Positions 44,104-54,055 of a DNA stretch of 54,882 bases are shown here, piece by piece (the first letter of the stretch is position 1; each line of letters opens with the position of its first letter). The position numbers and the translations under genes were made by a program. Source of the DNA: a virus (taxonomy: Duplodnaviria > Caudoviricetes); the IMG/VR virus record IMGVR_UViG_3300017747_001103, positions 1 through 54,882 of that record. The stretch is one strand, 5' to 3'. The notes under the pieces are model-generated. The model was not told where the DNA came from, made no database searches, and saw nothing but the letters and a program-made list of their open reading frames with translations.

Positions 44104-44676
44104 TTAGATAGCGTTAATGTTTGCAACGTACTGGTGCTCTGAAATCTGCGCCTGAACGATTACATACGTATCACCCCATGCATTATCTACGTAGGGGGCT
44201 AAATTGATCACACGCATCTGCTTAGTAGCAGATGTGCCAGCTGCGGAAGTACCGAGCGTGCACTGTGATAGACCTGTCACATTAGAACCAGCAGTTGTGT
44301 TGGTTAAGTCAAACTGCTCACCAACGGCAGCTTGAGTCAACGAACCTTCTGCTTGGATCTCATACACAATGTTAGGATCAGAGTAGTAGTAAGCGATGCA
44401 AGAACCTGCAGTGTATGCAGTCGATGCAGGCCAGTAGTTGGAAACACGACGACGACCAGTAGTGTCAGTCCACTCAACGCCAGCAAAAGCGCCTTGGAAT
44501 GCATCACCAGTAGTTGCAGGATTCAACAGACCAGCAGTAGTCAATAAAACAGGTTGGCCCTTCAAAATGTCGGAACCATAACCAGAAACAATACCGCCAG
44601 CAAGAGCCACAGCGCGATCAAGACCCGAAGGATGAAACGCAGGGCGCAGGCCGAACGGAGCAGATGTCGAAGACAT
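44104..44676 (-). CDS. Putative capsid cement/minor head protein
   Basis: APFGLRP, F.GVEWTD..G, DPNIVYEIQ; between scaffold region and MCP. Confidence 0.7.
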   Translation of the reverse strand: MSSTSAPFGLRPAFHPSGLDRAVALAGGIVSGYGSDILKGQPVLLTTAGLLNPATTGDAFQGAFAGVEWTDTTGRRRVSNYWPASTAYTAGSCIAYYYSDPNIVYEIQAEGSLTQAAVGEQFDLTNTTAGSNVTGLSQCTLGTSAAGTSATKQMRVINLAPYVDNAWGDTYVIVQAQISEHQYVANINAI

Positions 44677-44705
44677 AGTTAACTCCTATCAGTTATAAAC
44701 AATGC

Positions 44706-45248
44706 CTAGCCAGCAAAAGATGGCGCAGGCAACGGTTTGTCCAATTGCTCAATGCCCTCACCCTCAACTTGACCGAGTGCTCTACCTCGGCTATCACGTC
44801 CAACGGACTGCTCTGCTTGTAACTTGATCTTATTCGCTTCTTCCAGTGGTGCATCGTGATGGAAGTGCGCCATAATTTCTTGATACTGATCCATAGGGAT
44901 CTTAAACAAAAGCATTTCGTTACACGCAATGTATCCAGTATGTTCGCCAGCCTTTACACGGTAATTTTCAAACCCTTTTATATCCTCAGCTTGCACTGGG
45001 ACATAACCGAGACGAATCCGTTTGTCGATGCCGTCGTAACTATTGGTTGTTGATAACCAGCATAAATGCCAGCCGGGTATATCAGGTGCATTAGGCAAAG
45101 CGCTTTGTGTCCACTCATCTTTCCACATCTTTCGACGTTCTTCAGACGACACAAAAGTTTCTTCGGGTGCCTCACGAGCTGAGTCATGACTAACGCGAGA
45201 TGTTTCGCGTCCACCGGCAGAGAGAGATTTCTTTAAGCGAGAATCCAT
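44706..45248 (-). CDS. Conserved head-module protein
   Basis: LPNAPDIPGWHLCW...LGYVPV...LLFKIP. Confidence 0.75.
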   Translation of the reverse strand: MDSRLKKSLSAGGRETSRVSHDSAREAPEETFVSSEERRKMWKDEWTQSALPNAPDIPGWHLCWLSTTNSYDGIDKRIRLGYVPVQAEDIKGFENYRVKAGEHTGYIACNEMLLFKIPMDQYQEIMAHFHHDAPLEEANKIKLQAEQSVGRDSRGRALGQVEGEGIEQLDKPLPAPSFAG

Positions 45249-45250
45249 GA

Positions 45251-46240
45251 TTAACCCCTTTGATTACGTTGACGTGATTCCATTGCGTAGCGCTTTATCA
45301 TGCGGTTCCTTTTTTCAGGATCGTCCCACATGCCAGCATCTTTCATAGCAGTTACCTGCTCACGAGACAGAGTGAATGAATTTCCACTTCCACCTCTACT
45401 ACTCGACACTTCGCGCCCCGAACTGGTTACAACGCTTCTCGGACGGCGGTTTACTGGTTTCTCATCAGTGAAGTCAGTATAACGGTTAGGTAATACTTTT
45501 GACAAGCGGTTGTCAAGCTCTTCCCAATATTCTGAAGATTTTGGATCCCAACCCTCATCAGCAAGGGCTTGGTCTACAGTCATAGCTATGCGCGAGTCCA
45601 TGTCCTTAGCCTGCGCGTTGTACCAAGGGTTAGCCTCCATCCACTTTGCTGCGTACCGCTGCAGCATAGGGTCTTGCTCAATAGTTTGAGCTTTGTCAGG
45701 CGTAACCATGCGCTTCTTAACGCCCTCAAGGTTTTCAGACTGCTGACGAGCGTCGTACCACATCTCCTGAGCACTAGCTAACAGGTCTCCATCCATTGAC
45801 TCAGTGGCTTCCTTCATCTTGCGCTTTGCGTATTCAATACGCATTTGTTGATCCTCAATAGCCTTATCCATACGGGCTAAATCGGCACCAGCTGTCTTCC
45901 TCTCTACAACAGAAAGGCGCTCAAGTAGCTCTTGGTTCTGACGTTGCAGGTTTTGCAGGCGAACGTCTTTCTCAGTTGCAACTTGACGGTGATATTCCTT
46001 ACGAGCTTTGCGTTTATTGCGTTTAGCAGCACGCATAGCCTCAGCTTCAGGGTCTATGTCTCCAGTAGCGGCAATCTCAGCAGCTTCTGCCTGTGCATCA
46101 GCCTCGTCCTGCTCCTCTGGGGTAGCTGGAGCATTATCATCATCATGTATTGCCAGATCATCAGGCAGATCAACGGTTGCTGAACCGTCAACACCTTCCT
46201 TAACAAATAAGTCTGGCTCTTTATTAGCATCTGTACTCAT
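45251..46240 (-). CDS. Scaffolding protein
   Basis: Acidic N-terminus, coiled coil, W...NPWY, SSEYWEELD.RL; upstream of MCP. Confidence 0.75.
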   Translation of the reverse strand: MSTDANKEPDLFVKEGVDGSATVDLPDDLAIHDDDNAPATPEEQDEADAQAEAAEIAATGDIDPEAEAMRAAKRNKRKARKEYHRQVATEKDVRLQNLQRQNQELLERLSVVERKTAGADLARMDKAIEDQQMRIEYAKRKMKEATESMDGDLLASAQEMWYDARQQSENLEGVKKRMVTPDKAQTIEQDPMLQRYAAKWMEANPWYNAQAKDMDSRIAMTVDQALADEGWDPKSSEYWEELDNRLSKVLPNRYTDFTDEKPVNRRPRSVVTSSGREVSSSRGGSGNSFTLSREQVTAMKDAGMWDDPEKRNRMIKRYAMESRQRNQRG

Positions 46241-46671
46241 ACGAATGCCCTCATTTCTAATGGATTGCCCGTTACTCGGGTGATTACTTCATGGTCATTG
46301 AGAACCATAAAGAGAGCTGGATCTTCATCAGGCTGGCCATCTACTGGCACCTCCCAACGATCACCGCCCCACTTCGGAACGCGAATATAGTCGCCTACAC
46401 GAGCCCATGCCCCTTCAGGCCAGTCTTCCATCGTGTCGCGCTTCTTAAACGCCAGAGGGCCTATAGCAATAACCTTGGCCACTTGACCATTCCATTTTTC
46501 CGTTTCCCGAGTCTCTTCCACTAGGATAATTCCACCATTCGTTGTCTTCTTCTTAGTGCGACGAAGTTGTACAAGTATGCGTGCTCCGAGGGGTTCATTA
46601 CCGGGGTCTACAGTGGGGAAAGCCCACGCTATGTCAGCCTCGTTAGAAGCTACCGGTTCATTCATGTTCAT
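46237..46671 (-). CDS. groES: GroES-like co-chaperonin
   Basis: PLGARILV, TNGGIIL mobile loop, KVIAIG, VGDYI, LNDHEV. Confidence 0.85.
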   Translation of the reverse strand: MNMNEPVASNEADIAWAFPTVDPGNEPLGARILVQLRRTKKKTTNGGIILVEETRETEKWNGQVAKVIAIGPLAFKKRDTMEDWPEGAWARVGDYIRVPKWGGDRWEVPVDGQPDEDPALFMVLNDHEVITRVTGNPLEMRAFV

Positions 46672-46843
46672 CGTCTTCCCTTAATATATTGTTAAGTATG
46701 TCAAGGGCATCTTCCAGCCCTTGGTGTTGACCTACCAGCCGTTGATACGTCTCAAAGTTGACGCAGTTACCTGCAACCAACGATGAGGAGATCTCGTACT
46801 GACGTGCTTTAACAGCACTTATAAAGTCGCTTTCGTATCTCAT
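46658..46843 (-). CDS. Small conserved head-region protein
   Basis: FETYQRLVGQHQGL. Confidence 0.8.
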   Translation of the reverse strand: MRYESDFISAVKARQYEISSSLVAGNCVNFETYQRLVGQHQGLEDALDILNNILREDDEHE

Positions 46844-47019
46844 GCGTTTCGCTTGTCTACGCCTTTGCCGCTTTCAAAATTGCCGTGGTCGCTGTTAGCC
46901 AAAGGCTGAGTAGCTTTGCCTTCTTCTTTCATTTGCTGGCCAGTGATCCAAGCGCCAGCTGCGTTACGATGACGCTGAGGTACTGCTTCGGACTGTTCGT
47001 CCTTTAGTGTGATAGCCAT
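46840..47019 (-). CDS. Hypothetical 59-aa protein
   Basis: Manual translation MAITLKDEQSEAVPQRHRNAAGAW...; AGGAG SD; ATGA overlap. Confidence 0.7.
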   Translation of the reverse strand: MAITLKDEQSEAVPQRHRNAAGAWITGQQMKEEGKATQPLANSDHGNFESGKGVDKRNA

Positions 47020-47021
47020 GA

Positions 47022-49514
47022 TTAGCTCCTTAGGTTACGTTGTGCTGCCTCTTGCAGCGTTAAAGCAGTTTCCTGCTGTTCTTGACGCAGCTTCACCTCG
47101 TCTACCGTCAACTCGGCTTCCTTCATGCGTTCTTTTGTTAGGTTGTTCTCGGCGTTCATAGCCACTTCAACCTGCAACTTATCTTGCGACATCTTCATGT
47201 CTGCCTGATCTCTAGCAGCACGGCGTTGTGTCTCAGCCATTGAAGCCTGCAATACAGCGTTGGCTTCTGGGTCTTGGATCAATCCCTTCTGCTGATCTGC
47301 CTGCTTCTGCTGCATCTGAGCTAACAACTGACCTAACTGTTGCAGACTTGGCATGACCTGAGCAAATACCTGTTGGGCATCCATCTCAACGTGAGCTGAA
47401 GCTGCGGCAATCGTCTGGTCAATGCTCTTCTGCATCTTGCTTTCAGCATATTTCCTAAGATCAAGATCAGTTCCTTGGGTAACGTAGGCATTTGCCTGAT
47501 TTGTGTACCAGAGAAGCATGTGCTGCTTAATATGCTCAATCTCTTGGGGCAAGCACTTCTGGGCAAGCATAGGGTTACTACCAAAGATAGGGTCTAAGGC
47601 GAACTTCAGGTGCGTTTGTATGTGCGCTAGGTGGTCTTGGCTTGGATAAGCAAAGGATGGACGACCCAACGCCATAGCAGCGTTCTCATCAATCGCATTC
47701 ATCTCCGTTGGTTTGACTGCAGTAGGCATCAACTCACTAGGATTTGGCACTTTCATCTGTTTTAGAGCCCTTGAGTACACCGCCCTACGGTCAAACAGGT
47801 CAGGAGCTTCCTTAGCAAAGGCAATAACCGCCTGAGTCTGCGCCATACGCTGTGTTTCAGAGAAAATATGGGGGTCAGATACAGGAACCACGTCAGAATT
47901 GCGTTTAAAGTCCTCTCTGGTGATCGGCAGCTCGGCAACCATGTCACCACGGCGCTGGTCATCCAGATACCAGCGGTTAATACGACCCAAAACACGCAAA
48001 ACACGGGCTTGTGAGTCATGTAAACGCGCATGAATAGCTGAGAATACTGCAGCACCCTGCTCAATCAACGCTTGAGTAGTGCCTACAGGCGCATTAGAGG
48101 TGATGTCAGCGATCTTTTCCTCTGCGGTGGTCACTACCCCCTTAGCTGCGGTCGTAAGCCAGCCTAAAAGCTCCATAAGCACTGGAGAAGGTGGGTTAAA
48201 TGGCATAGGCATAGCGATTTTGCGTATGTCGTCAATACCGGGGGAGCCTTCCAACTCAATAACCTGCGTCACATCTATCTGATCAGACTGACCAGAGATT
48301 TTGCCGCCCTTCAACTTCATCATTGTGGCGCTGTTGTTGATGTGTGCGGTATCCAACAGAGCACGTAGAGCGCCAGTCAGAGCTGCAGACATGCCGCCAA
48401 TCAGATGAGGCAAGCCAATAGCATAGGCACCACGCCAAGGGATGAACTTAAACTCAATCAGCCAGTCCAGTTTGGTCAGTGTCTCGTCGCCTTCTTCCCA
48501 GTTACGGTACAAGCCAATGACTTCAGACGTCAAATCGTCAATCATCAGGATGTACGGGGCTAGTTCACCCTTGCTGCGGTCGTCATCCTCCATCTCCAGC
48601 CATGTATAGATGTGATAAACAGTACGAATACCGTCCACATTGTCAGACATGCTCTTGCCTTCGATCTTGTCGTTAGCCTTTTCTGGGCCTGATTGCTCAG
48701 GATCTAACGATGCACGCACCAAAGTAATGTCACGGTACAGGCCACGGTCTACTCGGCGCTTGAATTCAAACTCTGTGATCTCATGAACTTCCGTTACACG
48801 CTGTGCGGTGTAGAAGTTACCAGCCGCGAAGGGCAGGTAGACGTTATCAATAGGCACAAACTCAGCACATGGGCGCTTTTTCTGCTCGTCGTACCACATC
48901 TTCATGTACTGTGAGCCACCCAAAGGCAGCTGTGTCAGCAGTTGTTCCTGCTCGTCGCGGTACTCTTCGATCTGCTCAGTCAGCTGCCAGTTCATGTAGT
49001 CGCGCTTGCGCTCAGCTACCTCAACCTTCTCAGGCGTTGACTCACCTAAGACTTGTGATCTGACAGGGCCATCAGGTGGGAAGAGCTCTTTGATTGCACG
49101 GGAAGCAAAGTCAATACAGCCCTCAGCCATAATAGGATGCACAACCTTGGACGCACCATTGAAGTTAGCACCACCGGGGGCGTCATTACCCATACCAGTA
49201 CGGCGCAGGCCATCTTCATACTGCTTGTCACGTCCCTTGCGGTCTTCCTTGTCCTTCTCAATGTACTCAATGAACTCAAGGGCAAGGCTGCTAAGGTCTA
49301 AAGGGCTGAACTCTTCAGACAGGTTGGCGTAGTAGTCTTCATCATCTGATGGGCCTTTGAAGCCATTCATATGAACAACGACTGAGCCATCATCCATCTC
49401 TTCAAGTTCGCCCTCTTCTTCGTCTTCCATGTCGACGATAGCACCGCCATCAGGCGTTTTAGTCACTCCGTCTATAAAGCGCCCAAAGTTTGGGTCTACT
49501 GGCATTTCAGGCAT
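47022..49514 (-). CDS. Portal protein (P22-like)
   Basis: 830 aa; GASKVVHP, ELFPPDGPV, RDYMNWQLTE, APVGTTQALIEQG, C-terminal Q-rich coil. Confidence 0.9.
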   Translation of the reverse strand: MPEMPVDPNFGRFIDGVTKTPDGGAIVDMEDEEEGELEEMDDGSVVVHMNGFKGPSDDEDYYANLSEEFSPLDLSSLALEFIEYIEKDKEDRKGRDKQYEDGLRRTGMGNDAPGGANFNGASKVVHPIMAEGCIDFASRAIKELFPPDGPVRSQVLGESTPEKVEVAERKRDYMNWQLTEQIEEYRDEQEQLLTQLPLGGSQYMKMWYDEQKKRPCAEFVPIDNVYLPFAAGNFYTAQRVTEVHEITEFEFKRRVDRGLYRDITLVRASLDPEQSGPEKANDKIEGKSMSDNVDGIRTVYHIYTWLEMEDDDRSKGELAPYILMIDDLTSEVIGLYRNWEEGDETLTKLDWLIEFKFIPWRGAYAIGLPHLIGGMSAALTGALRALLDTAHINNSATMMKLKGGKISGQSDQIDVTQVIELEGSPGIDDIRKIAMPMPFNPPSPVLMELLGWLTTAAKGVVTTAEEKIADITSNAPVGTTQALIEQGAAVFSAIHARLHDSQARVLRVLGRINRWYLDDQRRGDMVAELPITREDFKRNSDVVPVSDPHIFSETQRMAQTQAVIAFAKEAPDLFDRRAVYSRALKQMKVPNPSELMPTAVKPTEMNAIDENAAMALGRPSFAYPSQDHLAHIQTHLKFALDPIFGSNPMLAQKCLPQEIEHIKQHMLLWYTNQANAYVTQGTDLDLRKYAESKMQKSIDQTIAAASAHVEMDAQQVFAQVMPSLQQLGQLLAQMQQKQADQQKGLIQDPEANAVLQASMAETQRRAARDQADMKMSQDKLQVEVAMNAENNLTKERMKEAELTVDEVKLRQEQQETALTLQEAAQRNLRS

Positions 49515-49526
49515 GATTCATCCTCT

Positions 49527-52500
49527 TTAAATTGCGTTATAAGCTGCGCCACCTTTGGCGAACCGTTTAGTCAAAGCTTGGTGAACCATGTCATCAAGGT
49601 TAACAGTTACATTCTTTGATAGAGCTTGAGCTACTAAGTCGTCAAGGTTGATGACACCACTTTCAGCCATGTTTACTGCGCCGCCTTGGGCTTTGTTTTG
49701 TGGCAAATACTTCTTCACAATTGGCTCCCACTCTTCACGGGTCATAAGACCATTTTTTAATTCTCCAGCCCTTCTTGCGGCGGCAATTGCAATCATACGG
49801 TCAGAGGAAGAAGCATCAAAACTTTGCGGAATAAAATCTTTTAATGAGTGATGTGCAACGTCATACAAATCAGTATGGTGCATATCACCAACGCTACTAA
49901 AATTTCCTGACTTTACAAAGTCTTGGACAAATGGGATGTATTCGGGGTTAGGCTTGCGGTTGTTCTTACCTTTAATCTCTAAGATTTTTGATGGCATTGC
50001 TTTTTTTGCCATGTTTATAGCAATGTCTTCAATGTCTTTACTTGTATATCCATTAGGTAATCTTTTAGCTTCTTCTTCCGCTAAAGCCATATATTTCTGA
50101 ACCTCTTCATGCCTTGGTGCATATTTATTAGGCTCAACCTCAATCGTTACATGCGGCTCACCCTTAGCATCACGCAATGTATATATCTCAACCTCGCCAT
50201 TAAGTAATGGCTCACAATGACCAGCGCCACCAACGCAATGGCGCATCATGTCGCCTTCATACTTGGTGGCTTGCCTTACAAACTTCTCTGCCTCTTCATC
50301 AGAGTAACCTTCAGGGCGTTTAATCTGTCTCCAGCTAACACCGTTAGGATTGTTCTCTGGGTACTCTTTAAATGTATGTGTAGCAGGATTGTTAGCAACC
50401 TGAAGGTCAGACTTAGTCTTCTGTACGTTACGCCATGCGCTAATCTTCCCAGACAATGCAGACACATCGTCTACCGTCATCTTCTCTAAGTCTTTTGGAG
50501 TAATCTTTAAATGTTTTGGAAGTACAGAGGCAGGATCCATAGCCTCTTTTAGCTCGTCAATCATGTGACGGAACTCAAAAGAAACATCGCTATATGAGTC
50601 CAAATCATAAACAACATCATCTGGATTAAGTTTAGTTAACCAAGGATTTCTTTCAAGCGTATCTGGATCGCTTAGCTTTTGTTTTACTTTTTGAGTTTTC
50701 ACCTCAGCATCAACGGCTCTTTCCCATTTCTTAGATGCTGGGTGCGTGCCAAGTGGCTCACCTTGGACGCCTGCACGCTCTCTCTTACCGCGTAATCCCT
50801 CCCCAAAACCTTTAGAGCCTTCAGTATAATCAGCCCAACCATGTTCAGGAATGGTTACGTGAAACAAGCCTTGCGATGCTATGTATTCTTCGTCAGCAAA
50901 CTTTTCCCTAGCTTTCTCTAAGTCACCCTCAGACAATGTTGTGTCTTTGCCTGCTGCTTTTGCCTTAGCTATGTCAGCTTCCATCTTGGCTAATCTTGCT
51001 TGGTTTGCTTCTTTCAGCTTCTCAGCCTCAGCAGCACGGCGCTCGATGCCTAAACGAATAGGGTCTTCAGCCGTCCCCATCTCATTCTTAATGTATGGGT
51101 GAAGCTTCTTATCAATCCATTTACCAACAGCAAGATCAGTTGTTTGGTTTGGGGTAAGTTTTGGCAATAACTCAGGCAACCACCCGTCTCTAAGCAAAGA
51201 TTCATTTTGCTTATCTATTAAATCTTGATTCCAAATAGTTGTCTCATTTTTGAGCCTTCTGGGCACAAACTCAGAAGAATTATTAAGAAAGTTCCCACCT
51301 TTAGGCTTGATGATGTTCATACGTGGGTCAACGCCGTACTTGCTGGCAATGTCTAACGCCATCTCAGCTGCAGTAGGGGCAAGCTTCTTAGCGCTAGCCA
51401 CAAGAGCACGACCAGCAGGCGCTAACTCTTCGCCAGTAAGCGGCATAAATTGCCCAAGCTCTTGAGCTATCTTTGCCTCATGCGAATCACCAGCCGATGG
51501 CAGTATGGTGTCTAAGTCTTCCATTGTTGGAAGTTTGAACGCAGGCGGTGTTTTATAAGTCTGCGGGAATGTCTGACCTTTAGGCTTGCGCTCCATCGCT
51601 GGCAACGCACCTTCAAGGTCGCTCATACCTTCAATAATATCGCCCGGTATTCCTGCGGTTCCTATAACTCGACCACGTAAGCCACCAGCCAACATATTGA
51701 ACAGGCCAGACATAGCACCAGTAAAGACATCATTAGTGTCTGTCCATACACCTGTGCGACCTTTTTGTAAGTTAGCGTCAGCTGACCACTTCAATGGGAA
51801 TAGCTGAGATACATCACGCTTCTCAGGTATGCCACCTTCAGCTAACCCGCCTTTCTTCTTGCCTGTCAACTGCTTGATGCGCTCACGGTATTCGTTAAAC
51901 TGGTTGATGTATTGATCGTCTACCAATTGATGCGGGAATACTTTCTGGATAGTCCCAGTAAAGTCTGATGGGTCTTTGGTGGTAGCAATATGTTGAGCGG
52001 CATCAGGGTTGCTAATAACAAATGGGGTCAATACTTCCTGTTGCCCAATCGCATCTCCAAGTATGCGGTGACTGTATGTGTTATGCGGGTTACCAGCTGC
52101 CTCAACCAATGCACCCGGCTTTAACTCACCAGTCATCAGGCCAGTCATGTTAATTTCCATGTCCCGCAGGAAAGGCTCAGTGATAGCGTATTGAATATCT
52201 AAACCGTTTGGTAATCCTAAAGGCTGTGTAACCTTTGGGACTTTCATTCGATTGTTGAACCATTTACGCAAAGCAGTATCAGACTTCATAACTTCCATTG
52301 CCGCTTCTCTATCAGCTACGCCGGGCCAATGCGGGAATGTAATAATCTCTTTAGTTTTTGGGTCTTTATAGCCTTTAGCAATAATGCTATCGAACATATT
52401 AATCTTAGCTGGATCAGCCTTAGACCAATCAATCGCACGCAGGTTAGCGTCAGCAAAATGCATAGCAAAGTTATTTGACATAGGCCCCATCGCAAGATGC

Positions 52501-54053
52501 GACCCAATGATTCTGTTGGGCTCATATGCATCAGCAAGCCTGTCAACCTTGCTTTGTACGTTCTTAGCAGGGACTTCCGTTGACTTCCAGAACTCAGGCT
52601 CAGGCAAATGTTTTTGTCCCAAGCCGTATAAAGCGCCACCTTGTTGCTCAGAGTCTATGGGGAAACCTTCAAGCTCATCAAGAATCTTGTTTGATACCGT
52701 CTGATCACCGGGAAACGACACGATTATGTCGCCCTTAGTTGGGCTGTAGGTGCTCTCCTGAGCTACCGTGCCATAGGGAGTTAGTTTGTAGTTGAGCTTC
52801 TTGACTCGCTCCTGCTCTTTCATTGAACGCCCAGCAAGGTTCTTTGTGTCTTTCGCCTTACCAGTTAGGACGTGCTCACCAAGCATCTGCCTAGCAACAC
52901 GCTCAGCTTGCGCGTTAATGAAGTCGGAAGACATGTTTGCGCGTGGCAGAACAAGTGGCAGAGCATTGTCACCGCTATGCGTCAAAGCCTTCATTGCCTT
53001 CATTGCCTTCTTAGCAGCACCACCAACGCCCATCTTCTGGACGCCACGCTGCATTGCGCTATGAACTATCTCGTCTAAGTCAATTACGCCGCCCTTAGCC
53101 TTGTTGATAGTCTTTGCGATCTGCCCCAACATCTCAGCGCTAGGCGGTGGTGGGCTGTTTGACGTTTGGTTGCCAAAGTTGACATCAGTATTAAAAAAGT
53201 TAGGCATGTTTGCAGCGCCGCCCTCAACAGAGCCGCCCTCAGCAAAAAGTGGTGGTAGTTTACGCGCCTTAGTCCAATCAGGAATACGATCCTCTTTGTT
53301 CGTAAAGCGTTCTTCAGGTATAACTAGGGGCTCATCGCCTATTTGCTCTATCAACGCTTGCAGGTAATCTTCTTGGCTTCTGCGTGGGAATGGCTCACGC
53401 AGGTTCGCTCTTGGGAGCATACGCCATAATGTGTTCTCATCACCAAGCTCTTCTAACGCTACGTTGCGATGACGGCCTTCATGACCTGATACAAATGGCA
53501 ACTTACCTTTGTTCTTATTCAATTCAAGAAACGGGACATCTGAAGCGCCGCCACCACCGGGTGACATCTTTTGCATGTATGACTCTATTGCCGCACGATA
53601 TGGGTCTGTCAACGTAGCTGCATATTTTTGAAACTCAGCAGGGTTAGCAACCATCATGGCAGCTGCATTGTCGCCACCAAAAGCCTGACGCAAAGCCTCT
53701 TCTGTGTATTGATTCTCAAGGTTCTTGACCTGATCAGCCGCACGTTGCACACGCTTAGCGCCGTACTCGCCCTTACTCTGGCGTATAGCCTGCTCTACGT
53801 TTGATACCTTGCTGGGTATGATGACGGATGGCGCTTGAACCGCCTCATCCTCTTTGCCTAGCGTCTTCTTAGCCTTGGCTATAGTCTTTTTGCCCTTCTC
53901 AGTCGGCAGGGTATGAGGCGCATACGCAGCCTCCTGCGCTGCCTTCCTAGCCGCCATCTCAGCAGCTATAGCTTCTTGTGCCGCCCGACTACCAGCTGGC
54001 ATCTTTGACAGGAGTTCAGCAAGAGGGGCAGCAATCTTAGAATAGTTAGGCAT
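49527..54053 (-). CDS. Large polyvalent-type multidomain protein (ParB/Srx-like, unknown and PcfJ-like modules) with xxxGG linkers
   Basis: HEGRHR near aa191; EGDMMRHCVGG...IYTLRD.KGEPHVTIEV...EIKGKNN near aa1266-1370; lies between terL and portal. Confidence 0.7.
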   Translation of the reverse strand: MPNYSKIAAPLAELLSKMPAGSRAAQEAIAAEMAARKAAQEAAYAPHTLPTEKGKKTIAKAKKTLGKEDEAVQAPSVIIPSKVSNVEQAIRQSKGEYGAKRVQRAADQVKNLENQYTEEALRQAFGGDNAAAMMVANPAEFQKYAATLTDPYRAAIESYMQKMSPGGGGASDVPFLELNKNKGKLPFVSGHEGRHRNVALEELGDENTLWRMLPRANLREPFPRRSQEDYLQALIEQIGDEPLVIPEERFTNKEDRIPDWTKARKLPPLFAEGGSVEGGAANMPNFFNTDVNFGNQTSNSPPPPSAEMLGQIAKTINKAKGGVIDLDEIVHSAMQRGVQKMGVGGAAKKAMKAMKALTHSGDNALPLVLPRANMSSDFINAQAERVARQMLGEHVLTGKAKDTKNLAGRSMKEQERVKKLNYKLTPYGTVAQESTYSPTKGDIIVSFPGDQTVSNKILDELEGFPIDSEQQGGALYGLGQKHLPEPEFWKSTEVPAKNVQSKVDRLADAYEPNRIIGSHLAMGPMSNNFAMHFADANLRAIDWSKADPAKINMFDSIIAKGYKDPKTKEIITFPHWPGVADREAAMEVMKSDTALRKWFNNRMKVPKVTQPLGLPNGLDIQYAITEPFLRDMEINMTGLMTGELKPGALVEAAGNPHNTYSHRILGDAIGQQEVLTPFVISNPDAAQHIATTKDPSDFTGTIQKVFPHQLVDDQYINQFNEYRERIKQLTGKKKGGLAEGGIPEKRDVSQLFPLKWSADANLQKGRTGVWTDTNDVFTGAMSGLFNMLAGGLRGRVIGTAGIPGDIIEGMSDLEGALPAMERKPKGQTFPQTYKTPPAFKLPTMEDLDTILPSAGDSHEAKIAQELGQFMPLTGEELAPAGRALVASAKKLAPTAAEMALDIASKYGVDPRMNIIKPKGGNFLNNSSEFVPRRLKNETTIWNQDLIDKQNESLLRDGWLPELLPKLTPNQTTDLAVGKWIDKKLHPYIKNEMGTAEDPIRLGIERRAAEAEKLKEANQARLAKMEADIAKAKAAGKDTTLSEGDLEKAREKFADEEYIASQGLFHVTIPEHGWADYTEGSKGFGEGLRGKRERAGVQGEPLGTHPASKKWERAVDAEVKTQKVKQKLSDPDTLERNPWLTKLNPDDVVYDLDSYSDVSFEFRHMIDELKEAMDPASVLPKHLKITPKDLEKMTVDDVSALSGKISAWRNVQKTKSDLQVANNPATHTFKEYPENNPNGVSWRQIKRPEGYSDEEAEKFVRQATKYEGDMMRHCVGGAGHCEPLLNGEVEIYTLRDAKGEPHVTIEVEPNKYAPRHEEVQKYMALAEEEAKRLPNGYTSKDIEDIAINMAKKAMPSKILEIKGKNNRKPNPEYIPFVQDFVKSGNFSSVGDMHHTDLYDVAHHSLKDFIPQSFDASSSDRMIAIAAARRAGELKNGLMTREEWEPIVKKYLPQNKAQGGAVNMAESGVINLDDLVAQALSKNVTVNLDDMVHQALTKRFAKGGAAYNAI

Positions 54054-54055
54054 GT

